Notes: generated by a model from the letters alone, not told the origin. DNA of 64,000 nucleotides from Eledone cirrhosa (GCA_964016885.1 OZ024740.1:140864001-140928000); one strand, 5' to 3'; shown: positions 38,236 through 50,172, counted from the stretch's first letter. Translations and numbers: made by a program.

Positions 38236-38714
38236 CACCTTACTGGTTGAGTTCTATATTGGCAGGAATACTACATTTCAAATTCACCCGCCATAACATG
38301 TTTATTCTCATACAACGGTCTTCCTCTATTTTTTTAGAGGTCACATGTCATGATATCATAGAATTGCTAGATTTATTATGGGAGCACACACTAATGAATT
38401 ATGTATTGAGTGGGGTGTTAACCTGCTGAGGACATGCAATTGCCTGATTGCATAATATCTACTGATAATATGCAATTTCTGCACATTGCCATTTTAATTA
38501 CTGTTGTTGGGCAGAATACTGCACAGAAACAGAATCCATCTAGGAGCTAGAGACATAACATATCTTTACCAAAACACAGCCAATGCATTATATAACTATT
38601 ATGGCTGCACTCTGAACATTGAGATGCAGTTTCACAACTGCAACCTTATTGATTCATTGAGTGAGTTATTGCCAGAGATCGCTGAAATAACATCAGTGAC
38701 TTTTGAAAACACTG

Positions 38715-38768
<54 letters not shown>

Positions 38769-38823
38769 TATATATGCATGCATATATACATATTTATCCA
38801 TGTATATATATATATATATAATA

Positions 38824-39118
38824 TGCAATCGAAAGGTTGTGAGTTCAATTCTCAGACCGGGTGATGTGTTGTTTCCTTGAGCAAGACACTTTATTTCACA
38901 TTGCTCCAGTTTATTCAGCTGTAGAAATGAGATCAGTCCCTATCATTCCACTGCAAAGTGGTCGTGGAGGTACTACGGAAAAAAAGCACCCAGCACTCAC
39001 TGTAAATGCGGTTGGTGTTAGGAAGGGCATCCAGTTGTAGAAATCAAGCCAGAATCAGTTCCCGTCCCACCCTTGCAAGCAGGGAAAAGCGGACGTAAAA
39101 TGATGATGATGATGATGA
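38824..39118 (+). mobile_element. Young tRNA-derived SINE with RTE-type (ATG)n tail, 5'-truncated
   Basis: B-box GAGTTCAATTC, tail GGACGTAAAATGATGATG; about 95% identical by eye to the inverted copy at 42143-42468. Confidence 0.88.
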
Positions 39119-39537
39119 ATATGCATAAATGTGTGTGTGTATGTGTTCATATCTGCATATTTACTGTTTGTGTATTTTCTGTAACTTAGTGGTTTGACAA
39201 ATAGAAATAGATAAAATAAATACCAGGCTTAAAAAAAATTAGTATTGTGTAAGATATGATCAACTAAATCCTCGAAGGCAGTTCCCCAGTATGGCGAGTG
39301 CTGTCTAATGACAGAAACCAGTAACAGAAAAAAAAAAAATTAAAAGGAAAATTGTGTTATTTTGCATGTGGTAATGACTCCCTTGTAACCTAAATCTAAT
39401 AATCCCCTCTGAATGGATAAGTCCAGCTTAAGGTATTTAAGGATGAACCTACAAAGTGATTATTATTAGCTACAACTTAAACCAACCAATCTCAGTCTGA
39501 GTTAGATAACTGATTATTAGCATTATTATGAATTACT

Positions 39538-39715
39538 AGGGCAGTGAATTAGCAGAATTCGGGCAAAATGCTTTGCAGTATTTGTCCTGGCTCTTTACGT
39601 TCTGAGTTCAAATCCCATTGAGATCAATAAAATAAAGTACCAGTACAGTACTGGATTGCTATAATCAACATTTCCTTTACCCTTAAAATGCTGACCTTGT
39701 GTCTAAATTAGAAAC
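39538..39715 (+). mobile_element. CORE-type SINE (octopus OR-like)
   Basis: GGCAGTGAATTAGCAGAAT...TTCTGAGTTCAAATCCC...AAATAAAGTACCAG...GCTGACCTTGTG..AAATTAGAAAC; many related copies in the window. Confidence 0.7.
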
Positions 39716-39859
39716 CCTTATGAACGACTCTAATAAATTGTCTGAACTTAGCAGGTCATTGTTGGGGGGATGGACTAAGGTTGAATCAAGAATCAATACA
39801 TGGGGTGTATGTAAAATGGTGAGACTAATCATTCAGAGAGAATTTCAAAATATCAATGC

Positions 39860-40102
39860 TTAACCCTTTAAACACTGACTGTTTAACTGTTTTGGCTCTA
39901 GTTCTATGAAACAAAACCACACATTTTAAAGGGTTCGTAGTAAAATTAAAATCTTCCAACATAATTTTATATTAAAACCATATGTTTAGTTATTAACTTG
40001 GTAATGAAATAATGAAATATTTGAGTAAATCTCTCAAAAGTTCCTCAACAATCAATTGAAATAGAGTGTATTTCATTAGAAATACACCCATGAAAAGGTT
40101 AG
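39860..40102 (-). mobile_element. TTAA-type MITE copy (inverted)
   Basis: TTAACCCTTT ... GAAAAGGTTAG ends; internal TTTCATTAGAAATA is the reverse complement of the family's TATTTCTAATGAAA. Confidence 0.55.
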
Positions 40103-41469
40103 TGTGTATGTAAATTTAAATTCAAATGTAGGACTGAAATCTTATTATTATATGACAGATAATATTAGATTTTAGTTGTTAAATATATGTCTTTTATTAT
40201 TATGTTGAAGGATAGTTATGGCACTAAATCTCTCATAATCATCAATTATTTTGATAATGAAAATACAAAAGTAGTATGTTCTTGTTAGAAATAAGGTCAC
40301 AAATGGGTCAAATGAGAGGATAAAAAAATTGGGTTTTTTTTTTACCCGAGAAGCAATTACCTAAAAGCCAAGATTTGTTTGTAGGCCGCCATCCAATTAT
40401 AGCAACTAGTAATTATTTTTTTTATTTAATGGGCAAACAATAGAGGGAGCTTTAAGTGTAATTTGGCATCTTGCCGTTTTAAGTTCAAATTATATCTTGG
40501 ATCAAATTTAGGTTTGTCTTTCACCCACTTAGCCAGCCATCATCATCATGAATAGACATGTGACCGAGTGATTAGGTTGTTGGACTAATGTTAATAAGGT
40601 CATGGGTTCAATTCCTTGACTGGGTAGCATATTTGCTTGAGCAAGATCAAGATACTTCATCCCTGTATGCCACAAGAGGGCAACTAGAAGGACATACATC
40701 AGGAAGACTGTAAACATTACATCACCAAATTCCATCAAGAAAAAGCAGATGTAAAAACGATGATGATGAATGTATATAGGAGTATGTAATTTTGTGTCTT
40801 TCTGTTTTAAGATGGCTGAATGTTATTTGAGGGAGATTTGATTACTATTTCTCACAGGTGAGTGAATTTTTGCAGTCATTAGAGCGTTGAATAAAATGCT
40901 TTAGCATTTGTTCTAGCTCTTTGCACTCTGAGTTAAAATCCTACCAAAGTCAACTTTGCCTTTCATCCTTTTGGAGCCAATAGATAAAGTCAAAAGGGAG
41001 TGGATTGGCAGAATCATTAAAGTGTTGGATGAGATGCTTCATGGTGACTGATCTGGCTTTGTGATTAAATCCAGCCTCCTTCTGCCAGAAGTTGTGACTG
41101 GCATACAGTATCAGCAATAGACCATGCAGTTTCTCTAATCACATCTAATGATCAACCCTTTTCCTTTCTTTTCTCATGAGTTGAGCAACCACATGGAGGT
41201 AAATTAAACAGATCAAACCCAATGGAGCAGATCAATGAAGTAAAAGTTTGTTAATCAATTTCTTTCTCTCTAATCTTTCTATTGAATCTACATTTGTGTA
41301 TCTATTAACAATATGTAGATAAAATTACTGTCACTGTTCCAATAACTCCTAATGGAGTCATAGGGGTGCTGCTATGGCATATATGTCTTGGGTATTTTAA
41401 ACCTAGTGGCATCCATCCCTCTCCAGGTTCTACTACAGCCAATTTCTTCCAGATACAGAGAGAAGAAGA

Positions 41470-41625
41470 TGTGATCTCAGTAATGGATTGGTACTTTATC
41501 AACCCCAAAAGGATTAAATGCAAAGTTGGCCTCAGTAGGATTTGAACTCGGGGTGTAAAGAGACAAAATGAACACCATAAAACATGTTATCCAAATGCAA
41601 TCACAACTCAGCTAATTTGCCACCT
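41470..41625 (-). mobile_element. CORE-type SINE
   Basis: TGGTACTTTATCAACCCCAAAAGGAT...GGATTTGAACTC...TTGCCACCT. Confidence 0.65.
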
Positions 41626-41950
41626 TATAGACAAAGTACTATATCCTAAAGGTGAATTATTAAAGTAACACCCTATTAGAGAATTTCTAAATATCTGCAT
41701 AGACTTGTGCAAGTTTTCCCCAAAAGATGAATCATTAAGTTGTTTACAATTGTCTGGTGAATATGTAATTTTATATATAACATTAACTTATTTGTAACTG
41801 TGTAATTGTGTTTTCATATTTTGTATTTAGCATTTTTGTAAAGGAGATTAGCTACGTATCTTATTGTTCTTGTAATATAGCATTAACTACAATTTGTCAT
41901 TCACAATGAATGTCTGTCATGCTGTATACTTTTAAGGTTATATATATATA

Positions 41951-42040
41951 TAGGAAAATGTTTGACCCCGACGGCAGAGCTCAAGCCGTTTCAACGTTGA
42001 AATGGCTTGAGCTCTGCCGTCGGGGTCAAACGTTTTCCTA
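41951..42040. repeat. 90-bp near-perfect palindrome (45-bp arms, no spacer, 2 mismatches)
   Basis: TAGGAAAATGTTTGACCCCGACGGCAGAGCTCAAGCCGTTTCAAC | GTTGAAATGGCTTGAGCTCTGCCGTCGGGGTCAAACGTTTTCCTA. Confidence 0.97.
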
Positions 42041-42142
42041 TTAGCCACTCTACTACCCTAAGTATTGAGTACTCTGGTGCGTTATGGTCCATCTGATCCC
42101 TTACCACACCTCCTTCATTATATATATATATATATATATATA

Positions 42143-42468
42143 TCATCATCATCATCATCATCATCATCATTTTTACGTTTGCAAGGGTGGGACGGGAACT
42201 GATTCTGGCTTGATTTCTACAGCTGGATACCCTTCCTAACACCAACCTCATTTACAGTGCGTGCTGGGTGCTTTTTTGCCGTGGCACCTCCACGACCATT
42301 TTGCAGTGGAATGATAGGGACTGATCTCATTTCTACAGCTGAGTAAACTGGAGCAATGTGAAATAAAATGTCTTGCTCAAGGAAACAACACATCACCTGG
42401 TCTGAGAATTGAACTCTCAACCTTTCGATTGCAAGGCCAATGCTCTAACCACTAAGCCATGTGCCTCC
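42143..42468 (-). mobile_element. Full-length young tRNA-derived SINE with (ATG)n tail, inserted in (TA)n
   Basis: Reverse complement starts GGAGGCACATGGCTTAGTGGTTAGAGC (A-box TGGCTTAGTGG) ... GAGTTCAATTC (B-box); flanked by (TA)n on both sides. Confidence 0.9.
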
Positions 42469-42674
42469 TATATATATATAGTACTTCTTTTTCAAATACA
42501 AAATCAGATAATTGTAGGTGAAGAAATTATAACAGCTCAAAAATAGGAGATTTATTACAATAAACTGTACATAAGGCTACATACAATTTTCAAAAAAAGC
42601 ACAAATTCCTTAATATGAACGTTTATGTATACGCATAGAGCAAAATTACATTGTTATATATACATAGATATTAG

Positions 42675-42990
42675 TTATAGGTAGACTGTATAATGTGTGT
42701 TTATGTAGTTCAGTGTTGCATGGTAGTGGGACTTCAGCATTGAATGCAGAACATGTGCAAAATTTGGAAGAAAGTATGCCAAACATGGTCCATTGGATGT
42801 GTAATGTTAGCATGCATGAACAACAAATCACAGATGAGTTGAGAGAAAAACTCTGTATATGAGGAATTAGATGTGTGCAGAACAGAAGATTGCACAGATA
42901 TGGATGCATAATGCATATAGATGATGACAGTTGGGTAAAGTAGTTCCAAGTGGAAGGAAGTTGCAGAAAAAACAGAGCTGGAATAGACAC
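42675..42990 (+). mobile_element. RTE LINE C-terminal ORF fragment
   Basis: IGRLYNVCLCSSVLHGSGTSALNAEHVQNLEESMPNMVHWMCNVSMHEQQITDELREKLCI*GIRCVQNRRLHRYG resembles RTE GRLY...MLHGSETW...MLRWMC...LREKL. Confidence 0.85.
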
Positions 42991-43239
42991 TGCAAGGCAT
43001 CCCATCCAATCTACTAACAATTCCATTAACCCACCACCCTTGGGCTAATATCTTATTTTATCAACCCCCAAAAGATGAAAAAAAAGCATATATCAATGGG
43101 GTTTGAACTCAAAACAGAAAGAGTGAAATCAAGAAAAATAGATTTTGCTGGTCTCTTGCTTAATATTTTTTCAATTAGAGAGAGAGAAAGAGAAATGTAT
43201 ATCATCATCATTATCCTCATCATCATTCGTCCCTTTATG

Positions 43240-43360
43240 GTCTGAGTACAAATCCCGCCGCGGTTAACTTAGCCTTTCATCCTTACGGGGTCGATAAAAT
43301 AAAGTACCAGTAATGTACTGGAATAATTGCTGGCCTTGTGCCAATAGTAGAAACAATTAT
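43240..43360 (+). mobile_element. CORE-type SINE fragment
   Basis: GCCTTTCATCCTTACGGGGTCGATAAAATAAAGTACCAG CORE-like motif. Confidence 0.75.
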
Positions 43361-43565
43361 TTAATGTCTGCTTTCCCTGCTAGCAAGGGTTGGACAGATA
43401 TATATATATATAATTGAATATAAAAGAGAGATAAACATACATGTTTTCAAATCATAAGGGACCAAGTTTATGAGACACGCTAGGTTCTGATGGCATGTGT
43501 GTTATTTTCTATTCGCACACTATTCAGTCTCTGAGATATTTAGAAGTGAGGGGATTACTAATTTT

Positions 43566-43642
43566 ACACACACTGATGAGCAAAGAATTGGTAATTTCCT
43601 TCGCTAAAATTGTGAAATAGCCTACCAAAGCTGTCTGGGTGT
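43566..43642 (+). ncRNA. Type I hammerhead ribozyme motif (slightly decayed; likely from a Penelope-like element terminal repeat)
   Basis: Stem I ACACACA/TGGGTGT, core CTGATGA (43573-79), stem II GCAA/TTGT, GAAA (43614-17), stem III TAGC/GCTG, cleavage triplet GTC (43633-35). Confidence 0.65.
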
Positions 43643-43784
43643 TCCGGCAGTTGCCCAATATAGGTTTGTATTCCTTTTCTTGATTTATTATTTGGACGCC
43701 ATAGTTACGGCCATTCTGAGTTCAAATCCCGCCTAGGTTAACTTTGCCTAAAATAAAGTACCAGTATTGCTGGCTTTGTGCCAC

Positions 43785-43857
43785 CCGGTCTGAGAATTGA
43801 ACTCACAATCTTTCGATTGCAAGGCCAATGCTCTAACCATTAAGCCATGTGCCTCCA
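43785..43857 (-). mobile_element. Isolated tRNA-like head of the young SINE family
   Basis: Nearly identical to 42397-42468 (CCGGTCTGAGAATTGAACTC...AAGCCATGTGCCTCC). Confidence 0.8.
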
Positions 43858-44255
43858 TATATATATATATGGAATGTATGATCAATACGTAGTTATTTGA
43901 CTAAGTCTTGTCTTGGACCATGACAATCTGTTTAACCTATGCCAGCATAGAAAGTGGATGTAAAATGATGATGTAAAATGATATATAATCATTATCATCA
44001 TCATCATTAAACATGTTTTCCTGCTAACAAGAGTCGGACAGGTTGTCACAGGTCAAGTCAGTCCTCTAGCAGAGCTGCTGACTTCCCAGATGGAACAGGG
44101 AACCACATTTGTTTACATACACACCTGCACTCTGCTGAGTACCCTGTATGCATTTTAATCATTGTGTCCATTCACGGAAGGGTTGTGGCCCCCGCATCAT
44201 TAATAAGGGATTAGCTCCCTTAATTTGAATAAGAACATTATATATATATATATAT

Positions 44256-44730
44256 TTCATCAACAAAAATTGCAATCAACTATGAGCATCAAATGGTAGG
44301 ATTATGTCAGCAAGCTTGCAGTCCTTGAATTGGCCAATGTGAACAGCATTGAAGCTATCATCATCAAACATCATGTCACATTTGCCATATCAAATCGTCT
44401 ACAGCAAACTCAGCACAGGCAAGAGATCATATGGTTGCCCCATGCAGTATTAAAAAAACCAATGGCAACAGATGATAAAGAGCACCCACATCGACCCTAA
44501 GCCCTGGGAACAACATTCCAAAGACAAAGTAGCATGATGCTTTCTTATCAAGATTAGTGCAGAACAGTTTGAAGAAAATTGCAGGAGGACTGAGGAGAAT
44601 AAAAGGGTGTGATGAAAAATTTGCCAACTCCAGCCAAAGCCTCCACAAACCATCAGATGTGACTTGCATGGACAAATTTCTTTGCAAAAATCTGTCTTGC
44701 CAGCCACCAGATGAACTATCATGGATAAGA
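44256..44730 (+). mobile_element. RTE-BovB-like LINE 3' fragment
   Basis: FHQQKLQSTMSIKW*DYVSKLAVLELANVNSIEAIIIKH ... TGKRSYG ... IDPKPWEQHSKDKVA* ... AEQFEEN resembles the BovB-type C-terminus. Confidence 0.75.
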
Positions 44731-44803
44731 TAATTTAAAAGGAAGGAAAATATACTTTGAATTGAGGAGATGCCACAGACAATGATAAATATACATATAT
44801 ATA

Positions 44804-44940
44804 TATTCCCTTATTTTAGCTAAGTAGTGAGTCTTGTTACTCTGGAATTTCCCCTGCACACTCATAGGATCACCAGGACTCATTACTTAGCCATAATAAA
44901 GGAATATTTAAACTCTACTCTGGTACTGAGTACTCTTTTC
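44804..44940. mobile_element. Imperfect inverted repeat plus CTCTAC..GTACTGAGTACTCT motif, in (TA)n; probable Penelope-type terminal remnant
   Basis: ATTCCCTTATTTTAGCTAAGTAGTGAGTCTTG ... CAGGACTCATTACTTAGCCATAATAAAGGAAT; same architecture as 41951-42075. Confidence 0.45.
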
Positions 44941-45237
44941 TCTCATCTATCAATTACATATATATATTTGAAAAAAAAAGGAAAAGAATGACTTCACTTA
45001 TAGTGCTAAATAATTTGAGTTAATTTTATAATGTTATAATATTATGAGTTGGTAGATCTAGTAAGTTCTTTGTTAACTTCGGTGGGAAGAATTTTAAAGA
45101 TTCCTGGTTAACTTTTTTGATCGGTGGCGATTGTCAAACTGAGATCAGGTTGTGTTGTGATGTGTGATTCTATATATAAGAGAGATTTGGATGTGTCTTG
45201 GGTGTGTGGTGTTAATGAGTGTTGATGATGATTTATA

Positions 45238-46295
45238 AAAGACACAGAAGATTTTTGTCAAAAACTACATCTAGGAGAATTCATCCAGGGTGTAGAATAC
45301 GAGGAGGAATCACTAGTAAAAAACAAAAAGAACTTCAGGCCTCTGTTAAATAGAGACAAACATCTGGAGGAATACAATACATGCCTCCGACGATCGGCAC
45401 AGTCAAATATTGCAGAGAAGAAACACAAACACAACATTCCTACAGACCAACTGCTAGCACTAAACAAACTACAAAAAGACTCCTCAATAATCATAAAAGA
45501 AGCGGACAAAGGTGGAGCAATCATCATCATGGACAAAAACCACATCAAGGATATGGTCCTAGAACAGTTGAATAACGAGGATTTTTACAGAAAAATCAGC
45601 AAAAGCTAAGAAAGAAAATCGATGATTAAAGTAGGCAAACTGACGACCAAGTACCAAAACAACCTCACGCTAAAGGAAATCAATTACTTAACCAACTTCA
45701 AAATGAAAACCAGCAATTTCTATGGTTTACTGAAGGTTCACAAATCCAGAGAAATCCAAAACAACATAAAAGGCAAAAATACATCATATGTTGAAGTACC
45801 AAAACCGACAGATTTAAAATTACGCCCAATTGTTGCTGGTCCAGCCTCAAGCACACAATGTCTAAGCAACCTATTAGACATCATACTGAAACCCTTATGT
45901 AAAAAAGTGCCAAGCTTCATCAGAGATGATAGGGAATTCCTGAACTATATCCCCCAGAAAGTACACCAAGAAACAATCTTAGTCAGCTTTGACTAACAAG
46001 CTTATATACTAACATCCCACATGACTTAGGAGTTGAAGCTGTTGACTTCTGGATTACAAAACACCCAGACTACATTTCAGAGAGATTCCCCCAAAAATGT
46101 ATTTTGGAAGGACTCAAACTAGTAATGGAGAACAACCACTTCCTTTTTGATAAGAACTATATTTACAAATAAAAGGAACGGCCATGGGCACCAAAGTGGC
46201 CCCAACATATGCAACACTCGTTATAGGCCACCTAGAGGCAAAATTACATTCCAAACTTCAGGAAACATTCAGTCATGACTTTGCCACCTACATTA
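45238..46295 (+). mobile_element. Penelope-like element (probably Neptune-type) reverse transcriptase, disrupted
   Basis: IIIKEADKGGAIIIMD (PLE DKG motif), FYGLLKVHK, LRPIVAGP, ILVSFD/SLYTNIPH, QIKGTAMGTKVAPTYA; contains stops and frameshifts, truncated before YxDD and GIY-YIG. Confidence 0.92.
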
Positions 46296-46599
46296 ATCTA
46301 AGATAGAATACATTAACCAATACACAGTCACCCAAACAAGAACACACATCAAACAAAACACTATATGCAAACGCATGCGCAGAGAAGACAAAAAAAACAA
46401 AACAAAAACAAATAAATAAATAAATAGACTAAATAAAGATGGCGTAAGCATACAATGCAACGGGAGGAAACATAATAGCAACACTGACGATGTTGCAGAT
46501 GTGCAACGAAAGAACTTTGATAGACTATATATATGTGTTTGTATCTATAGTGTATCTGTATTTTTGACCGTTGGTCAGTCAATGGCAACATTGAGGACC

Positions 46600-46735
46600 T
46601 ATATATATATATATGTATATATATATATGTATGTATATATATATATGTATGTATATATATATATATATGTATGTATATATATATGTATGTATATATATAT
46701 ATGTATATATATATGTATATATGTATATATATATG

Positions 46736-46806
<71 letters not shown>

Positions 46807-46829
46807 ATGTATATATATATATATATATG

Positions 46830-46874
<45 letters not shown>

Positions 46875-46895
46875 ATATATATATATATGTATGCA
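46600..46895. repeat. Long (TA)n/(TATG)n microsatellite
   Basis: Direct reading; explains the YI-rich ORFs. Confidence 0.95.
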
Positions 46896-47099
46896 TACAG
46901 ATGACCCCTTAGCCTTTGTCAAGGCAGAATTCTAGGAGAAGGAAAACTCTGATATAACACCTGCAACTCTGATGGTATCCAATGATGTTGACTTGTTCTT
47001 CTTTTTGGTAAATATCATTTTGGTTAAGAGAGTGGGACTGGCTTTGTGCAGTGCCTTTGCTCACTATAAAAGCTTCACGGCACAGGCATTGCTTTATAT

Positions 47100-47243
47100 C
47101 TGGAGATCTCTCTGCACTTGTCGTCACATGGTACCATGGGCCCAGCACTATGTGTCAGTAATTGTCACAAGTGTAGTGTTTGTACCAAAGTTTTCAAGTT
47201 GCTGGCTGGACTAAAAAGTCACACTCGTTCAGCGCATCGGTAG
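47100..47243 (+). mobile_element. C2H2 zinc-finger-encoding LINE 3' end remnant (RTE-like)
   Basis: HKCSVCTKVFKLLAGLKSHTRSAHR* (47166-47243) fits C-x2-C-x12-H-x4-H immediately before a stop, as at RTE-BovB ORF ends. Confidence 0.5.
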
Positions 47244-47300
47244 GGGTTCTCCTACATGGATATAAAGTAGTGGCCGTACTCGAAAACGAGTTGGCAGCCA

Positions 47301-47334
<34 letters not shown>

Positions 47335-48596
47335 CTACTCATGCTAGCATGGAAAATGGATATTAAATGATGATGATGATGATATATATATATGATCATT
47401 ATGATTTTACATCTACTTTCAATGCTGGCATGGATTGGATAGGTTGTCATGGTCTGAGACAAGACAAGTTAGAGAGACCTTGCTCATGTTCTATATTTGG
47501 CATGGTTTCTATGGCTGGATACTCTTCTTGATGCCAACAACTTTACAGCATAGACTGGGTGCAGTTTATCATGACACCAGCACTAACACTTTTCAAAGTA
47601 GACTGGGTGTGTTAAAATACACAATTTTTTATGGAAAGGTTTATTTGAATGTGGGGGTTATAGCACTTATAGCCTCCACAGTTCCACAACCCCTGTCTAA
47701 TGTATATAAGATATTGGTGAACCGCCATTACTATTGATATTGTTGTTGTTGTTGCTGCTGCTGCTTCTGCTTGGTTTTAATCTTAATTGACAATTGCTGA
47801 CATCTTCAATGCTTTAATCATTATAGACAATTAAATTCATTAGCAAGATGGAAAATTAATTTGTTACCCATCAAAATATTTACTCTTTGTTTCGTTATTT
47901 TTTGTAATGTTTATTTTATTTTGTTGGGTTTCTTTAAAAAAAGCAAACACACACAAGAAAACAACTTGTAATCAGAACTAACAAATACCACAATTAACAA
48001 AACATTACATCATCATCATCCTTTTCAACATCAGAACCATGATGATGGCTACCACACACACAATGACACTAATAACAATCACCATCACTACTGTCATCAC
48101 AAGCGTCATCATCAACAATAACAAAGCTTAGTTTTTAGGGAAATAAAAAAAGTAAAATATTGATTTATTAAAATTTAGGATTCTGATATAAATAAATGGA
48201 CATAAGAAAAATCAATTGTAGTGTGCAGGACAGAAGATTACATTAGTACAGAGGCACAATGTGTGTGAATGGAGTACCAAAAGTTTCAAGTGGAAGAAAA
48301 TCATGGAAGAAGAAAGATTTGGGCATTAGGGATGGAAATGGACAAAGCAAAGTTGAATGGTTAAGAAGTTTGCTTTGCAGTCATAAGGTTTATTCCACAT
48401 GGCACTTGACTAGGTGCTTTTTACTAAAGCTTCAGGTTGACCCAAGCCTTGTGAGTGAAACTGGATAGATGGAAACTGTTTAGAAGCCTATCAGATAGAC
48501 TGTACCTGTGGTTTCGAATGAACCAGCCTTTGCTGAATTTATCTGAAAACTACATTAAGGGTACACATGCCTGTGGAATACTCAGCTACTTACATA

Positions 48597-48853
48597 TTAA
48601 TTATTTTTTATCATTTTTGTCACGAAAGACATAGTTTATGATTTTTAATTAATTTTGAAAATCATCAAGAATTTGGAGGGATTTAGTAATATACCTTTCT
48701 CATTATTAAGCTGGTGTTTGATACATAAATTAACAAAATGTCCTTACAGAAAATAGTGATGAAAGGTTTTAGATAAATATAAACACTTAAAAAAGCAGTT
48801 CTGTATTGTACAGCCAGGGACCATTTCAGGTGATTTACTATCAAATGAGTTGA
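48597..48853 (+). mobile_element. TTAA-type MITE copy
   Basis: Internal similarity to 34264-34498 (ATCAAGAATTTGGAGG, CTTTCTCATTATTAAG, TTTTAGATA). Confidence 0.6.
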
Positions 48854-48892
48854 TCTAACAAGTAGGTTGTTCTGTTGGAATACTGAGGTGAT

Positions 48893-49250
48893 AGCATGGG
48901 GCTTAGTGGTCAGAGTGCTAGCCAAACAATCATAAGGTTGTGAGTTTGATACTAAGACAGGGTGACATGTTGTGTCTTTGAAAAATGCACTTTATTTTAT
49001 GCTTCCCCAGTCTACTCAGTTGCTAAAAATGATTTGCGATGACATTGGGCCAAGTTGTTTCAGCCTTTGCCTTTTCTTTGGACAACATTGGTATCGTGGG
49101 GAGGGGCGAAAGGTATGCATGGGCATCTGCTGGTCTTCCACAAAGTATTTTGGCTAGGCTTGTGGCTCAGAGAGGCAAACCCATGGTAAATCATTTATAG
49201 GTGTAAAAACCTAGGGCCAGTCGTAACTGAAGAGAAACATTGATTGTTAA
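48893..49250 (+). mobile_element. Older tRNA-derived SINE
   Basis: GGCTTAGTGGTCAGAGTGCT...GGTTGTGAGTTTGAT...TTGTGTCTTTGA...CACTTTATTT, related to the young SINE head. Confidence 0.6.
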
Positions 49251-49811
49251 AACCCATGGAAGTCCATTTAGAAATGGAAGTGTAATGAAATGGTTACCAG
49301 TGGAACTTGTTGCTTCTAATAAAATTCTTTATTATGACAATGTTAAAAGCTGTTTTTATCTGATTTCACAGAAGTAAGGTATATTTTTATTCACCCCTTC
49401 TCTTCCCCTTATCTATATCACTTATTTATAAATTTTCTCTATTCATATAAAATTTAAATACATATTGCTAGCTTCGATCTTTATATTGTAACAATGTTTA
49501 AACCTTTCTGATTCTCATTAGAGATAACGTGTTTTCATCTCTCTTACTTCTTCTCCCTTTCTCCATCTCTCTCTCTCTCCTTCACACTACTTCTCTCCCT
49601 CTTTCACTCTTGTTTTCCACTATATTATTTATATCATAGGTGTTCTGTATTTATTCAAACGTCTATCTGTGTTGTTTGTTTTAAAATTATATATAATGAA
49701 AATGTTTAAGTCATTTCTTGTCCTATTCCCATAAGACATAACATAACACACATCTCATACCTTTCTTTTCTATGCCCATTCATAACAGCTATTACTTGCT
49801 TTGTTATCCAA

Positions 49812-49975
49812 ATAGGTGCAAGCATGGCTTTGTGATTGAGGAGTTCCTCCACAAGCATGTGGTTTCACACTCAGTTCTACTGTATGTCACAGTAGACAAA
49901 CATTTTCTACTATAACTGCAGGTTGAAAAATGCCTTGTGAATGAAATTTAGTAGATAGAAACTGTGCAGAAGCTC
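49812..49975 (+). mobile_element. tRNA-derived SINE whose head matches the satellite monomer
   Basis: ATAGGTGCAAGCATGGCTTTGTGATTGAGGAGTTCC...TTCTACTATA...GCCTTGTGAATGAAATTTAGTAGATAGAAACTG; relatives at 35510-35670 (-) and ~48357-48490 (+). Confidence 0.75.
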
Positions 49976-50133
49976 ATAGCTCATATGTGTATATATGTAA
50001 AATATTTTACATACATATATATATTTATTTATTTTATTCATTCACAAGAAATCATCAGAAAAGTCTACTCTAGTAACATATTGAGTACCTTTTTTAACTG
50101 AGGTCTCCTCCTGACATACATTGGGAATCCACC

Positions 50134-50172
<39 letters not shown>

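Noticed and set aside
42397-42468. tRNA gene
   Set aside because: The tRNA-like head continues into a SINE body and (ATG)n tail, with no proper acceptor stem; it is a SINE.
45622-45996. 124-aa ORF as an intact gene
   Set aside because: It is a stop-bounded piece of a disrupted Penelope reverse transcriptase.
46501-46935. YI-, V-, T- and S-rich short ORFs here and at 32666-34079, 37923-38429, 55301-55663 and 57664-57921
   Set aside because: They are translations of di- and trinucleotide microsatellites.
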